Source: a virus
Taxonomy: Duplodnaviria; Caudoviricetes
Direction: 5' to 3' (one strand)
DNA length: 47,393 nt
Virus record (IMG/VR): IMGVR_UViG_3300036798_000553
Location: 1-47,393 of that record
In this document: one piece after another, positions 17,835 to 27,267 of the stretch
Layout: every line of letters starts with the position of its first letter
How positions within the stretch are numbered: the stretch's first letter is position 1
Program-made: the position numbers and the translations under genes
The notes under the pieces: generated by a model
Seen by the model: only the letters and a program-made list of their open reading frames with translations
The model's database searches: none
Told to the model about the DNA's origin: nothing

Positions 17835-19691
17835 TCAGCTCGTCTCACGCCGCATCCGACCCGGTGTGCCAGCCAGTTCGATCGACACCCCCAGCCGCAC
17901 CCCGGACCACGCCTTGACCGCCACTCCCGGTGACTCCGACTTTCCATCCCCGTAGAAGCTCAGCGTGGTCGAGTCCGGCCGTACCGCACAGCGCCGAATT
18001 CCCGGCCGGCTGAACAGCGAGTGCCCCTCGAACCTCGACGCGATCAACTTGGCCGACCAGACCTTGTTCCCCTGCACCTGCTGCCAGTCGTTGAACGCCC
18101 GCTGAAAATCTCCTACCGGCACCGCCGATCCGCCGGTCACCAGCACGTTCTCCTGGATGAACGCCATGACCTGATCAGCGCTCTCCCGCCAGGAGTTGGT
18201 GGCCATCGCAACCGCGGGGGGCATCTCCGGTGTCCGGCGCCCCCGCGCGTACCACCGCACCGCCTGTTCGACGAGGGTGGCCAGCACCGCCTCCCACTGG
18301 CCCTGGGCGCCCGTTTTCATGCGCTGGCGGATGCCGGGGTCTCCCGGCCGCTCCAGTGGCCCCTGCATCCGCGCGCCGGGATCGACGTAGGTGTAGGGAA
18401 ACGGCACCAGCACCAGACGCCGCCAGGTGCCGTGATCGACCTCCGACACCACCGGTAGCGGGTTGGTGTTGATCACCAACGAGTGCGTCGTCTGCCACGT
18501 GACGTTGTCCCGGCGGATGGCCCGGGCGGTGATGGTCTCGGTACCGACCAATTCCTTCAGGGCCGCCACGTTGAGGTGGCCGCCCTCGTCCAGCTCCTCC
18601 AGGATGGCTAGCCGGGCACCGCGCAGGGGCATCTTCTCCGTCGAGTGGTCGCTGGGCGAGCCGAACAGCGCTTTTCGGGACAGCGTGATGGCGTAATCGC
18701 CCAAAGCGGATTTGACCGCCGACATGATGGTGGTCTTGCCGTTGGCGCCGTCACCCTGGAATATCGGCAGGCGGTCGTCGTCAGGTGTGTAGCCGGTAAC
18801 CGCCTGCCCGAGCCGGGCCAGCGCGTACTCGCGATCATCCTGATCCAAAGCCGTCAGTGCGGCCTCCCAGTCGGCGTGCCGGGCCTGCGGCCGGTAATTC
18901 ACCGGCGTGTGCTTGCGGACGCGCCGGATCGGGTCGTGCCCGTGAATCTCTCCCGTTCTCAGGTCCACCACTCCGTTGCCCACCACGAGCAGGTCCGGAT
19001 CGGCATCGAAGGCCGCCGCCTCGGCCCGGACGAGCGGGTTTCCTCTGGCCAGCGCCACCAGCGGCAGCATCAGCTTGCGGCCCAGTCGGTCCCGCCAGCA
19101 CTTGGCCACTGCCGTGCGCGCCTTGACCGCTTCCTCCGCCTCACCGTCGATCTGGGCGGCCGTGCGGTCTTTCTCGGCTTCCAGGTAATTCAGCCGGAGC
19201 CAGCCGTGCACCGCGTGCTCCACGTCGACGTCGTGCACATCCGCCCACACCCGGCCGTTCCACTTCAGCCAGCCGTCCGCGGGCGTCCACAGGTAGTGCC
19301 CGGCCAGCACTTTCTCGACCACCTCGGCGGACAGGGCCTGGTCGGTGAATCGGCCGAACGATGCGGGCGCCCCTTCGCCGACGCTGGCCCCGGACTCGAC
19401 CTGCCGCTGCGCCTCCTCGGCGAGAAGCTGGTCCTCCTGCGCCAGCGTCCGCATCCGTGCCATCCTCTCGGCCCTGGCCGAAACAGGCACTGCGGCCCCG
19501 TTGATCTGCCGGCGTTCCCGGCGCAGCGGCCGAGCCCGGCCGACAGCAGCTCCCGCGGGAGCTGCTGGGTGTGGCGAGGAATTGGAAGCCGAAACCGGAG
19601 CTGACAGCTCGATCACATACTGTCGATTCACCACTCCGTTGCCGAAGAACAGGAAGACGCAGTTCGCACCCAACGGGCGGTGCCGGCTCAT
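17835..19691 (-). CDS. D5/P4-family SF3 helicase (primase-associated)
   Basis: WLKWNGRVW, FDADP, NGVVDLRTG, GDGANGKTT, LRGARL, NTNPLP, GTWRRL; start uncertain. Confidence 0.9.
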   Translation of the reverse strand: MSRHRPLGANCVFLFFGNGVVNRQYVIELSAPVSASNSSPHPAAPAGAAVGRARPLRRERRQINGAAVPVSARAERMARMRTLAQEDQLLAEEAQRQVESGASVGEGAPASFGRFTDQALSAEVVEKVLAGHYLWTPADGWLKWNGRVWADVHDVDVEHAVHGWLRLNYLEAEKDRTAAQIDGEAEEAVKARTAVAKCWRDRLGRKLMLPLVALARGNPLVRAEAAAFDADPDLLVVGNGVVDLRTGEIHGHDPIRRVRKHTPVNYRPQARHADWEAALTALDQDDREYALARLGQAVTGYTPDDDRLPIFQGDGANGKTTIMSAVKSALGDYAITLSRKALFGSPSDHSTEKMPLRGARLAILEELDEGGHLNVAALKELVGTETITARAIRRDNVTWQTTHSLVINTNPLPVVSEVDHGTWRRLVLVPFPYTYVDPGARMQGPLERPGDPGIRQRMKTGAQGQWEAVLATLVEQAVRWYARGRRTPEMPPAVAMATNSWRESADQVMAFIQENVLVTGGSAVPVGDFQRAFNDWQQVQGNKVWSAKLIASRFEGHSLFSRPGIRRCAVRPDSTTLSFYGDGKSESPGVAVKAWSGVRLGVSIELAGTPGRMRRETS

Positions 19692-19842
19692 GCGCTGGTT
19701 CCAACGGGCGTTCCCGTGCTAGGATTTACAGCGGACATGGCATCCGTCCTTTCAGCGTGCTCGGCACACGCGATTCAGGCCCCCGCACCGCTACCCGGTC
19801 GGGGGCCTGAGCCTATCTCACGCCTCGATCAGCGGAAGATCT

Positions 19843-20721
19843 TCACAGCTCGGAGCCCGAATCAGGGTCTGGACCAGCACCATAGAGACAACCGAAGGGA
19901 GCTGGTTCCTCGCGCGTCCGGCGCTTCAGCGTCCAGTCGGACGCGTAGGGGCCGGAGCCGTCCCAGGGACGCGCGCCGCCGGCCCCCCGGCCGTTCCGAC
20001 CTTCCACTGCGGCCCGGCGGTCCAGTTCGGCGGTTGCCGCGCGCAGCTCGGATAGGCGGGCGACCTCCAGCTCGTCGAAGTCCAGACCGGCGGCGATGTG
20101 GTCGGACAGGTCGGCGTGGCGGTGTTCCGGCGCTGGCAGCAGGATCTGGATCCCCAACGCCGGCCAGTGGCCGTGCCGGATCAGGCCCAGGCGGGTGCGG
20201 TAGGCGTGCCGCAGACCGGTCGGGTCTCGGTCGGCGACAATCACCACCTCCGCGCGGGCACAGCCAGATTCCCGCAGCCGGTCCGCGCGAGCGAACCAGG
20301 CGAGCATCCCCGGCGTCCAGCCGCAGCCGTGCGATGCTGCGGCGCCCAAATGTGTGGTGCTGGCACAGACGTCCCAGCTCACCCGGGCGGCGTCGGCATC
20401 CTTTTCGCCCTCGCAAATCAGAATGCGCTGCCCCTCCCAGACCGCGGGCAGCAGCTCGTCCAGCGCGAAGGGGATCGAGTCCGCCCCCGGGGGCTTGGCG
20501 TGGGTCCACCACACCCGACTACCAGACCGCTGCTGCTCGGCGGTCTGGTAGCGATACTCGTACTTCTTACCCAATGACTCGCCGGTCTCCCGGTCGAACA
20601 GCAGGATCTTCTGCTTCCAGAACAGAACCGTTCCGTCCACATTGACGTACGGCCAGCTCTCGCCGGCCTCCCGGCGCGGCCTCGGGCGCACGGGCGCCAC
20701 CTCGCCGCGCCGGGAGTTCAT
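19843..20721 (-). CDS. Toprim-domain primase-like protein
   Basis: ICEGEKDADA, VVIVADRDPTG, ADLSDH. Confidence 0.85.
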   Translation of the reverse strand: MNSRRGEVAPVRPRPRREAGESWPYVNVDGTVLFWKQKILLFDRETGESLGKKYEYRYQTAEQQRSGSRVWWTHAKPPGADSIPFALDELLPAVWEGQRILICEGEKDADAARVSWDVCASTTHLGAAASHGCGWTPGMLAWFARADRLRESGCARAEVVIVADRDPTGLRHAYRTRLGLIRHGHWPALGIQILLPAPEHRHADLSDHIAAGLDFDELEVARLSELRAATAELDRRAAVEGRNGRGAGGARPWDGSGPYASDWTLKRRTREEPAPFGCLYGAGPDPDSGSEL

Positions 20722-20951
20722 GCCTGGGCCAGCCGGATCAGGGCGAGGGCGCAGATCGACTGCACGGCCTCGTGAGTAGATCCCGGCTGGCGCAGGTCGT
20801 CCAGATACAGCAGCAGGTCGATGGTCGCCTGCTCCACGCCAGCCGATTCGATACCCAAGGCGGCCACGCGCACGAGCCGGTCGACCTCAGCGCCGTAAGA
20901 GGCGGCGAACTGGTCGAACAGCGTGAGGGTGGAGGGTTCGAGGTTGCTCAT
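20718..20951 (-). CDS. hypothetical protein
   Basis: ATGA overlaps at both ends. Confidence 0.6.
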   Translation of the reverse strand: MSNLEPSTLTLFDQFAASYGAEVDRLVRVAALGIESAGVEQATIDLLLYLDDLRQPGSTHEAVQSICALALIRLAQA

Positions 20952-21319
20952 GTCCGACCCAGCCGACCCAAGACCACCAGCACACAGGCCGGATGCTTGC
21001 CTTCCTTGAGCAGGAACCGGACCAGTTCGTCCTGGGGCAGCGCCGCACCACGCAGTTGGCGCAGGATGCGTCCTTTCTCCACCAGCAGATCGACATCCGC
21101 GCCGAAGGCCGAGACCCAGGCGGCGGCGCTGTGGAAAACCGGGATTTCCGCCCGACCCTCCATCACCTCGATCGCCCGGCTAGCGTGCTTCCGCCACAAC
21201 TCGTCGACCTTCTCCGAGGCCGCCTGTCCCCACGGCGAGCGCAGGTTCTCGTCGATCGAGAGTAAGTAATCCTCGTAGAGATACCGGGCCAGCCGCTCGA
21301 CACGCTCGGCCTCATTCAC
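20948..21319 (-). CDS. hypothetical protein
   Basis: GTG start with GGAGG RBS. Confidence 0.65.
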   Translation of the reverse strand: MNEAERVERLARYLYEDYLLSIDENLRSPWGQAASEKVDELWRKHASRAIEVMEGRAEIPVFHSAAAWVSAFGADVDLLVEKGRILRQLRGAALPQDELVRFLLKEGKHPACVLVVLGRLGRT

Positions 21320-21462
21320 GGCCTCCTCCTCTCCACGACCACCACGCCGACGGCACCCCAAATCATCCAGACGACACCAAACCCGAACGGATTGAGCAGT
21401 GGCTCGCCGGTCAGTGCATACAACACCACCGCAAGCAGGAGGATTACTGTCGGTCCTGGCAT
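21316..21462 (-). CDS. small two-TM membrane protein
   Basis: MPGPTVILLLAVVLYAL...FGVVWMIWGAVGVVVV. Confidence 0.55.
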   Translation of the reverse strand: MPGPTVILLLAVVLYALTGEPLLNPFGFGVVWMIWGAVGVVVVERRRP

Positions 21463-21509
21463 CCAAGTCTCGGACCACCATTTGTAGCCACGGTCACGAT
21501 GGGAAGACT

Positions 21510-21767
21510 TCACGGCAGCACCACCACATCCGCCGCATCCAAGTCCTCGGCGGTTTCCGTTGTCCAGTCCTCGGGGTCGTCGGGCCGGGCGAACGTGACC
21601 TCGCCATCGACCACCGCAGTAATGTTGTAGACGTTCCCGCTCAGCGGGAACCGTAGCCGCTTGCCGGCCGCATACTTGAGTCGACAGGAGCGGCTGTCGC
21701 ACGGGCGGTGCGGAAACTCCGGCGCGCCAGCGGCGTCACACGAACAGCGCGGCTCAAGATCAGGCAT
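21510..21767 (-). CDS. hypothetical protein
   Basis: AAGGAG RBS, MPDLEPRCSC. Confidence 0.55.
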   Translation of the reverse strand: MPDLEPRCSCDAAGAPEFPHRPCDSRSCRLKYAAGKRLRFPLSGNVYNITAVVDGEVTFARPDDPEDWTTETAEDLDAADVVVLP

Positions 21768-22062
21768 CGAATTTACTCCTTGCCGCCAGTTCGACAACAG
21801 CGTCCAAAGTATACGGTCCGAGTGCCGCACGCAGCAGGGCGAAGGTCTCGGGCGGCACGGCGTTCAGCAGGACAGCCAGCGCGTCCACCGGTATGTTCAG
21901 CGACTTGCGCCGGCCAGTAAGAACGAGGCGCGAGCGGTTGTAATCGGCGCGGACCGCACAGCACGGCGGGCACGCCTTCTCGCGCAGCTCGGCGTGCACT
22001 GCGTAACCGCTCAGCGAACCACAGAGCCGCCCCGGCCCGGCGAGTGTTTCGGTCTGTGTCAC
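21760..22062 (-). CDS. small putative Zn-binding protein
   Basis: CGS..GY..H...EKACPPC motif common in actinophage proteins. Confidence 0.6.
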   Translation of the reverse strand: MTQTETLAGPGRLCGSLSGYAVHAELREKACPPCCAVRADYNRSRLVLTGRRKSLNIPVDALAVLLNAVPPETFALLRAALGPYTLDAVVELAARSKFDA

Positions 22063-22382
22063 CTAACACTCCTCAGCTCGAACGCACCGCCGCAGGGGTA
22101 GCCGTCGGGCTGGGTCATCCGACATTCAGTACCCACCTTCGTTGCCGCGCTGAGTGCGCATCGGTTGCAGCGTCCACAGCGGAGCTCTGCCTCTCCTGCC
22201 GATGCGGCACCAGCCTCGGAGAGGCGGTCCAGCTCGTTCTGCAAAGCCTCACACCGAGCCTCCAAAGGGCCGACAACGCGCATGACGGCATCGCCCACCT
22301 CCAGCGAGGAGCCGGTACGCACATGTCGACTGATGGCGCGGCGTACCGCCAGCTCCACCGCACTCACTGTTTCCAGTCCCAT
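22059..22382 (-). CDS. hypothetical protein
   Basis: coupled ORF with a Cys-rich C-terminus. Confidence 0.55.
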   Translation of the reverse strand: MGLETVSAVELAVRRAISRHVRTGSSLEVGDAVMRVVGPLEARCEALQNELDRLSEAGAASAGEAELRCGRCNRCALSAATKVGTECRMTQPDGYPCGGAFELRSVR

Positions 22383-22642
22383 TACTTAATCCCTCCTCCT
22401 CGGCTGATATTCTCGGCGCTGGTGCGCAGTCTGTCGTGCAGCTCGCGCACCTCGCGCATCAACTCGTCGAACTGAGCGGCCAGGCGGATGGCGTGCGAGC
22501 CGAAGTGGTCCGTGGCCGCTTGGCCCGAATCGGCCAGTAGCGGCAGGGTATCGCGCAGCGCATCCGCCGCAGCCTGGGCGTAGCCGTTGTCCAGCCGCTC
22601 GGCGGCGGCCAGCAGGCACGCGACCGTATGCTCGCTGCTCAC
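22382..22642 (-). CDS. ~86-aa helical-hairpin paralog 7 (WXG100-like)
   Basis: MSSEHT...SGQAATDHFG...SAENISRGG. Confidence 0.75.
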   Translation of the reverse strand: MSSEHTVACLLAAAERLDNGYAQAAADALRDTLPLLADSGQAATDHFGSHAIRLAAQFDELMREVRELHDRLRTSAENISRGGGIK

Positions 22643-22965
22643 GAGTTCGACACCTTGAAGTAGTCCCGGATACCGCCCTTGTAGAAGTCGTCAAAATCGA
22701 ACACCTCGGGCAGCGTCAGCGTTCCCACGACCTTGTTCTGGCTGGCCATGTAGCCGCCTTCGGCGTGCTCGACCAGGGTGTCCACCGTAGCTTCGTCGGT
22801 GGGATTGTCGAGGTCCAAGGTGTATTCCGGGTCCTCGTCATACGTGTCATGGAGCGCGACGAGCAGGCGCGCGAGTGCTGTGGCGTTACCGTCGCACTGA
22901 AGCCAGAAGTGCCAAGTCTCGCCTTCCCAGTCGTTGTTCTCGGTGAATTTCACGAATGTGCTCAC
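22639..22965 (-). CDS. acidic hypothetical protein
   Basis: AAGGAG RBS; KFTENNDWEGETWHFW ... DDFYKGG. Confidence 0.7.
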   Translation of the reverse strand: MSTFVKFTENNDWEGETWHFWLQCDGNATALARLLVALHDTYDEDPEYTLDLDNPTDEATVDTLVEHAEGGYMASQNKVVGTLTLPEVFDFDDFYKGGIRDYFKVSNS

Positions 22966-23099
22966 TCGGTTCTCCTTCGAATTTCGTAGTCCTCCAGCAG
23001 GGCTTGGGCGAACTCCTCCAGCGTCTCCGCACCGGCGGCGGCCGCATCACCGAGCTTGCGGACGAGTTCGGCCTCGGTGACGTCGGAGTCGGGATTCAT
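22962..23099 (-). CDS. small hypothetical protein
   Basis: overlap-coupled ORF, MNPDSDV. Confidence 0.5.
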   Translation of the reverse strand: MNPDSDVTEAELVRKLGDAAAAGAETLEEFAQALLEDYEIRRRTE

Positions 23100-23491
23100 G
23101 GCGCTCTCAGCAATCCGACAACGGCCAGGCCATCCACCATGCAATCGGCCCAGTCGGCGTTCATCTCCTCGGGCGGCCGAGCCTTCAGCATGGCGGCGGT
23201 CGCCTTCAACGACTCGATGGCGGCGGTCCGCGCTCCCGTACCGAGCGGCACGAGCAGTCCGGTGCTGTCCAGGTCCCCTGCCATACGGTCGGCCCAGGTA
23301 TGGTCGGTGATCCTCAACAACGCGTCCATGTGCAGGGCCACCGCGCTCGCCTGTAGCGATGCGACAACGGCGTCGTGAACGGCACTGCCGAACAATTCAC
23401 CTCCGCTCGTCAGTTCGCGGATCGCACGCATGTTGTCCAGCGCGAGCCGGTAGTGGGTACGAATCGCTTCCTTGGTTTCCTCGTCGGTCAT
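23096..23491 (-). CDS. hypothetical protein
   Basis: overlap-coupled ORF. Confidence 0.65.
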   Translation of the reverse strand: MTDEETKEAIRTHYRLALDNMRAIRELTSGGELFGSAVHDAVVASLQASAVALHMDALLRITDHTWADRMAGDLDSTGLLVPLGTGARTAAIESLKATAAMLKARPPEEMNADWADCMVDGLAVVGLLRAP

Positions 23492-23748
23492 TTGATCGAC
23501 CCTCCGTGGGCAATGCGTGCGGCGGACTGGTGGATTTCTCGGTACAGCCGCGCGAACCGGACCTGAATGTGATCGAGTTCCTCGGCCAGTAGCAGGGTCT
23601 GCTCGCCGAAGTGGTTGACGGCGGCCTCGCCCGCGGCGGCGAGATTGGCGTGGGCCTCCCGCAGCAAGCAGGCGGCCGCCTCGATGTAGCCGACATTGAT
23701 CACCTCGGCGGCGTGACTCAGCTTGGCGGCGGTGCTTTCGCTACTCAT
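23488..23748 (-). CDS. ~86-aa helical-hairpin paralog 6 (WXG100-like)
   Basis: MSSEST...AGEAAVNHFG...SAARIAHGG. Confidence 0.75.
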   Translation of the reverse strand: MSSESTAAKLSHAAEVINVGYIEAAACLLREAHANLAAAGEAAVNHFGEQTLLLAEELDHIQVRFARLYREIHQSAARIAHGGSIK

Positions 23749-23755
23749 CTTCGCC

Positions 23756-24139
23756 TCACCGCTGTTCCTCCTCGGACGCGTCGTCGTCGGCTAGGTGCTG
23801 GGTATTAGCCAAAGCATCCTCGGCACTCTGGCGCGTCAGGAACCGCCACGGCGCCATGCCTGGCGCAACAAGGTCCCAGCATGGCTGATGGGAGTGCTCG
23901 TCGAACGCCTCGACGAGCTCCCACTGTGGGGCGGAGCCCTGCTTCTCCTCGACATTGTCGACGGCCAGATGCTGGTCGGTCATCGCAGGAAAAGTCGTAG
24001 CTGACCGAATCGCAGTCGATTTCCAGCCGAACGTTCGCGTGGTGCAGTTAGCCGGTACGCCCCACATGGCCATATCCAGCTCGGCGGCCTCGTGGTCGGG
24101 GTATTCGTATTCCAGGAATCGAATCACACGGACGGGCAT
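23756..24139 (-). CDS. hypothetical protein
   Basis: GGAGGA RBS; VRVIRFLEYEY. Confidence 0.65.
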   Translation of the reverse strand: MPVRVIRFLEYEYPDHEAAELDMAMWGVPANCTTRTFGWKSTAIRSATTFPAMTDQHLAVDNVEEKQGSAPQWELVEAFDEHSHQPCWDLVAPGMAPWRFLTRQSAEDALANTQHLADDDASEEEQR

Positions 24140-24177
24140 CTAATCCTCCAGAAAGCCGGTGCACAGTGAAGCGGATC

Positions 24178-25329
24178 TCATTTCTGCCGCAGCACGACGA
24201 CTTCGTCGGCCGCGCGAGTGATGGCGGTGTAGAGCCACTTCGTAGCGTCCCGGCCGAAGGCGCTGGACTCGTCGAAGACCACCACCCGCGGCCATTCCGA
24301 TCCCTGGGATTTATGCGCCGTAATAGCGTAGGCGAAGCCGAACAGGGGCAGATGGCTGAAGCCCTCGATCTGCATCAGGTCGGCCTCGGGCACGTCCGCG
24401 GCGGCGAGCTGGGCGACGGTGTACTGCTCACCGTTGATCAGGCCGAGCTTCGGCTCGTTGCGCAGGCAGACCAGGCGGTCCGCGTCGTCCAGGTCGTCCG
24501 GCGCCCGGCCCAGCACCGCGCGCAAGGCGGTGTTCAGGCGCAGACGGGTGGCGTTGCGGCCGCAGATCACCTGGTCGTACTCCAGCAGCTTCTCAGCCAT
24601 CTCGACGGTGGGGGCGAAGGAGTCCACGTAGTTCAGGCCGCTGCCCTCACGCCAGGAGTCCACGCCGCGAGGGCCGCGTTCGCGCACCCGGGTGGCGAAG
24701 TAGTGCACCGATGAGTCCAACGCGAAGCGGTGCGGCTGGGTGAGCAGTACCGTCGGCTTGTAGTCCTCGCCAGCCAGCGGGCTGACCGCCTTGACTGGGG
24801 GGAGCTGGGCCGGATCGCCCAGCGCCAGCACCGGGATGCCGAAGGACATCAGATCGGCCAGCAGTTGTTCGGAGACCATGCTCGCCTCGTCGAGGATAAT
24901 CGCCTCGACCTTCTCGGCCAGTTCCTCCTGGAGCACGAACGTCGGCGAGCTGAGGATGCCCAGCAGCGTCTGGATCCGCTCGCGCAGCTCCTCCTGCTTC
25001 GCCTTGCTCCTTTCCTTGGCCAGCAGCTTGGAAAGCCGATCCAGCTCCTTGCGCGAGTCGCCGACCGCCCGGTAGATCAGCGAATGCACCGTTGTCGCCG
25101 GCACGCCCTTGTTCCGCAGCACCAAGGCGGCTTTGCCGGTGGGTGCGCAGAACGCGACCCGGGCGGCGACCCGGGCGGCGATGTGCCGGGCCGTTGTTGT
25201 TTTGCCCGTTCCGGCATGCCCGAAAAGCGTGCTCAGCGGAGCACCCTTGCGCAGCCGGGTGGCCAGCAGCTCCACCGCCCGGTCCTGTTCCTGGGTGAGT
25301 TCTACCGCCGGTCCGGCCGCCGGCCCCAC
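24178..25329 (-). CDS. Dda/RecD-like SF1B helicase
   Basis: GHAGTGKT, APTGKAA, TVHSLIY, ILDEASM, GDPAQLPPV, YAITAHKSQGSEW, YTAITRA; GTG start inferred from GGAGGAG. Confidence 0.9.
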   Translation of the reverse strand: MGPAAGPAVELTQEQDRAVELLATRLRKGAPLSTLFGHAGTGKTTTARHIAARVAARVAFCAPTGKAALVLRNKGVPATTVHSLIYRAVGDSRKELDRLSKLLAKERSKAKQEELRERIQTLLGILSSPTFVLQEELAEKVEAIILDEASMVSEQLLADLMSFGIPVLALGDPAQLPPVKAVSPLAGEDYKPTVLLTQPHRFALDSSVHYFATRVRERGPRGVDSWREGSGLNYVDSFAPTVEMAEKLLEYDQVICGRNATRLRLNTALRAVLGRAPDDLDDADRLVCLRNEPKLGLINGEQYTVAQLAAADVPEADLMQIEGFSHLPLFGFAYAITAHKSQGSEWPRVVVFDESSAFGRDATKWLYTAITRAADEVVVLRQK

Positions 25330-25616
25330 AGCAGCCGCAGCTCCTCCACGGAAAGCCCCAGGCGCCGGGCCGCCTCCGGTTCCGGCACCAGTGTTGTCGA
25401 ACTCTGGTTGTCCTGATCCAACACCAGGATCCGGTGCGACGGGACTGTCTCTGACTGCTCCGGAACGTGCCATTGTTTGCCACTCTCCTTCTGTCCGATG
25501 AGCTGAAAGCGCACTACGGTAGCCTCGGACGCCATCACCACGCCCATCACCCACTGCGGCTCAGCGGGCGGCAGTTCGTAGAAGAACTGAAGCACCTCGC
25601 CCCAAGTGAAAATCAC
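25302..25616 (-). CDS. hypothetical protein with a C-terminal HTH-like segment
   Basis: GTG start, AAGGAG RBS; EAARRLGLSVEEL. Confidence 0.55.
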   Translation of the reverse strand: MIFTWGEVLQFFYELPPAEPQWVMGVVMASEATVVRFQLIGQKESGKQWHVPEQSETVPSHRILVLDQDNQSSTTLVPEPEAARRLGLSVEELRLLWGRRPDRR

Positions 25617-25945
25617 GCTTCGCTCCTTTCCACGGCGCATGCCAACAGTTTCAGTTCGATCGAGCGTGCGACAGCGGCCATGCCGGGCCGGCTGTCCTCG
25701 TGCTCGGCTAGCGTGCGGATCACCTCGGCGACGAGCTTTTCGACGGACGCACCGCGCCCAACCGCTCCTGCGGCGCGGTGCGTTAACCGCCAGGCAAGGT
25801 GCTCCGGCGTGCTGGCCTCTGACACTTCGACGGGAGAAGAATTCAGGTCGTAGGTGTCCCACCGCCGTTGCAGGCGGGCGGTGCTGACGCGCAGGGCGCG
25901 CAGGTCCCCCACGAGCTTGCGAGCAAGAGCGGCATTATCCGTCAT
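25613..25945 (-). CDS. hypothetical protein
   Basis: coupled ORF. Confidence 0.6.
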   Translation of the reverse strand: MTDNAALARKLVGDLRALRVSTARLQRRWDTYDLNSSPVEVSEASTPEHLAWRLTHRAAGAVGRGASVEKLVAEVIRTLAEHEDSRPGMAAVARSIELKLLACAVERSEA

Positions 25946-26205
25946 GGACTGATACTCCCGCCCTGCCGGACCCGGGCCGAGGCTTGTTCCAGGTTCTGGC
26001 GCAACTGGCTCATTCCGACCACCGACTCGTGCAGCGCCTGCTCAATAAGGTTGAATATCAGTCCGAACTCCTCGATCGCGGGGAGACCGGCTACGGCCAT
26101 GAAACCGGCCGCCGCTTTGACGTTGTCGCGGATCTCCGCGAGCAGCTCGACCTGGAGGAAGTTGCCGGCGATCAGCAGACTGTCAGCCGTGTCCTCGGCG
26201 CTCAT
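25942..26205 (-). CDS. helical-hairpin paralog 5 (WXG100-like)
   Basis: MSAEDT...AGLPAIEEFG...ASARVRQGG. Confidence 0.78.
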   Translation of the reverse strand: MSAEDTADSLLIAGNFLQVELLAEIRDNVKAAAGFMAVAGLPAIEEFGLIFNLIEQALHESVVGMSQLRQNLEQASARVRQGGSISP

Positions 26206-26463
26206 TTAGATCGGACCACCCGTCGCCACCGAATCGGCCGAAGCCTGAAGGTCGACAGCCAGCCCCGCCAACATGGTGGAGCCCTTGTCGAGATACTCGA
26301 TCAGCCGATTGATACGTGCGCCGTACTTCTCCGTCGCGGGTTCTCCCGCGAGCCCGACGAAGGAAATCACCGTGGACATCCGCTCGATGACCACACCCAT
26401 CTGGCTGAATGGCACGTTCCATGCGGCCTGTTCGAGTACACCCGCTGTATTCTCGGAACTCAT
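26206..26463 (-). CDS. helical-hairpin paralog 4 (WXG100-like)
   Basis: MSSENT...AGEPATEKYG...SADSVATGG. Confidence 0.78.
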   Translation of the reverse strand: MSSENTAGVLEQAAWNVPFSQMGVVIERMSTVISFVGLAGEPATEKYGARINRLIEYLDKGSTMLAGLAVDLQASADSVATGGPI

Positions 26464-26721
26464 CTAGAGCCAACCTCCCGCAGCCACACGCTCGGCCGCC
26501 GTCTGGATGTCATTCTGGATGTCCACCAGTTCATGGGCCGTTGCCTCCAACAGTGCGGCGGCATCGGCGACCCGGCTTCCGAATTTGTCCACCGCCGCCG
26601 TGCCGGCCAACGCAAGGGCTTGCAGTGCGGCCTTGACCTCCGTGGAGGCGTTGTTAACCGCGCCGTAAGGAAGGTTGCTGGCGGCCTGCGCCAGTGCTCG
26701 GGCGGTGTCCTCGGAGCTCAT
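26464..26721 (-). CDS. helical-hairpin paralog 3 (WXG100-like)
   Basis: MSSEDT...AGTAAVDKFG...AAERVAAGG. Confidence 0.78.
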   Translation of the reverse strand: MSSEDTARALAQAASNLPYGAVNNASTEVKAALQALALAGTAAVDKFGSRVADAAALLEATAHELVDIQNDIQTAAERVAAGGWL

Positions 26722-26978
26722 GCGATCGCCCCTCCCTTGCGGACTCGGCCGGCAGCGGTCGTGAGTTCGTTCAACAGCGTGGTGGCGGAGAGCACCAAAG
26801 CGGAGAGATCCTCGTTCAGCGACTGGACATGGGCGCCGAAGTGCTCTCTGGCTGGAGCCCCCGCCAGGTCGATGAAGGATGTCACCGTGGACATCTGCTC
26901 GGCCGCCGAAGCCAACTGTTCGGTCGGCACACTGTCCGATGCCGACGCCAACGCGTCGGCTGTGTTCTCGGAACTCAT
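26718..26978 (-). CDS. helical-hairpin paralog 2 (WXG100-like)
   Basis: MSSENT...AGAPAREHFG...AAGRVRKGG. Confidence 0.78.
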   Translation of the reverse strand: MSSENTADALASASDSVPTEQLASAAEQMSTVTSFIDLAGAPAREHFGAHVQSLNEDLSALVLSATTLLNELTTAAGRVRKGGAIA

Positions 26979-27238
26979 CAGGTGACCGAGCCTCCCTGTT
27001 GGACCCGGGCGGACGCGGCCTGGAGATCGCTCTTCAGGCCGTCCATCGCGGATGCCACGGCGCTCAGCTGTTCGGAGATCGCCGCCGCCCGGCTGCCGTA
27101 GCTCTCCACCGCCGGTGCGCCCGCCGCCGTCAGCGAGCCCAGAACGGTGTCCATGCGCTCGGCGCAGGCAACGGCTTCGGCGGCGGGAATGCTGTCGGCA
27201 GCCTGCTTCAGAGCACTGGACGTATCCTCGAAACTCAC
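26978..27238 (-). CDS. helical-hairpin paralog 1 (WXG100-like)
   Basis: GTG start, MSFEDT...AGAPAVESYG...ASARVQQGG. Confidence 0.78.
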   Translation of the reverse strand: MSFEDTSSALKQAADSIPAAEAVACAERMDTVLGSLTAAGAPAVESYGSRAAAISEQLSAVASAMDGLKSDLQAASARVQQGGSVT

Positions 27239-27267
27239 AGAGTCCTGCTTTCTTGGTAGATAGCGAT

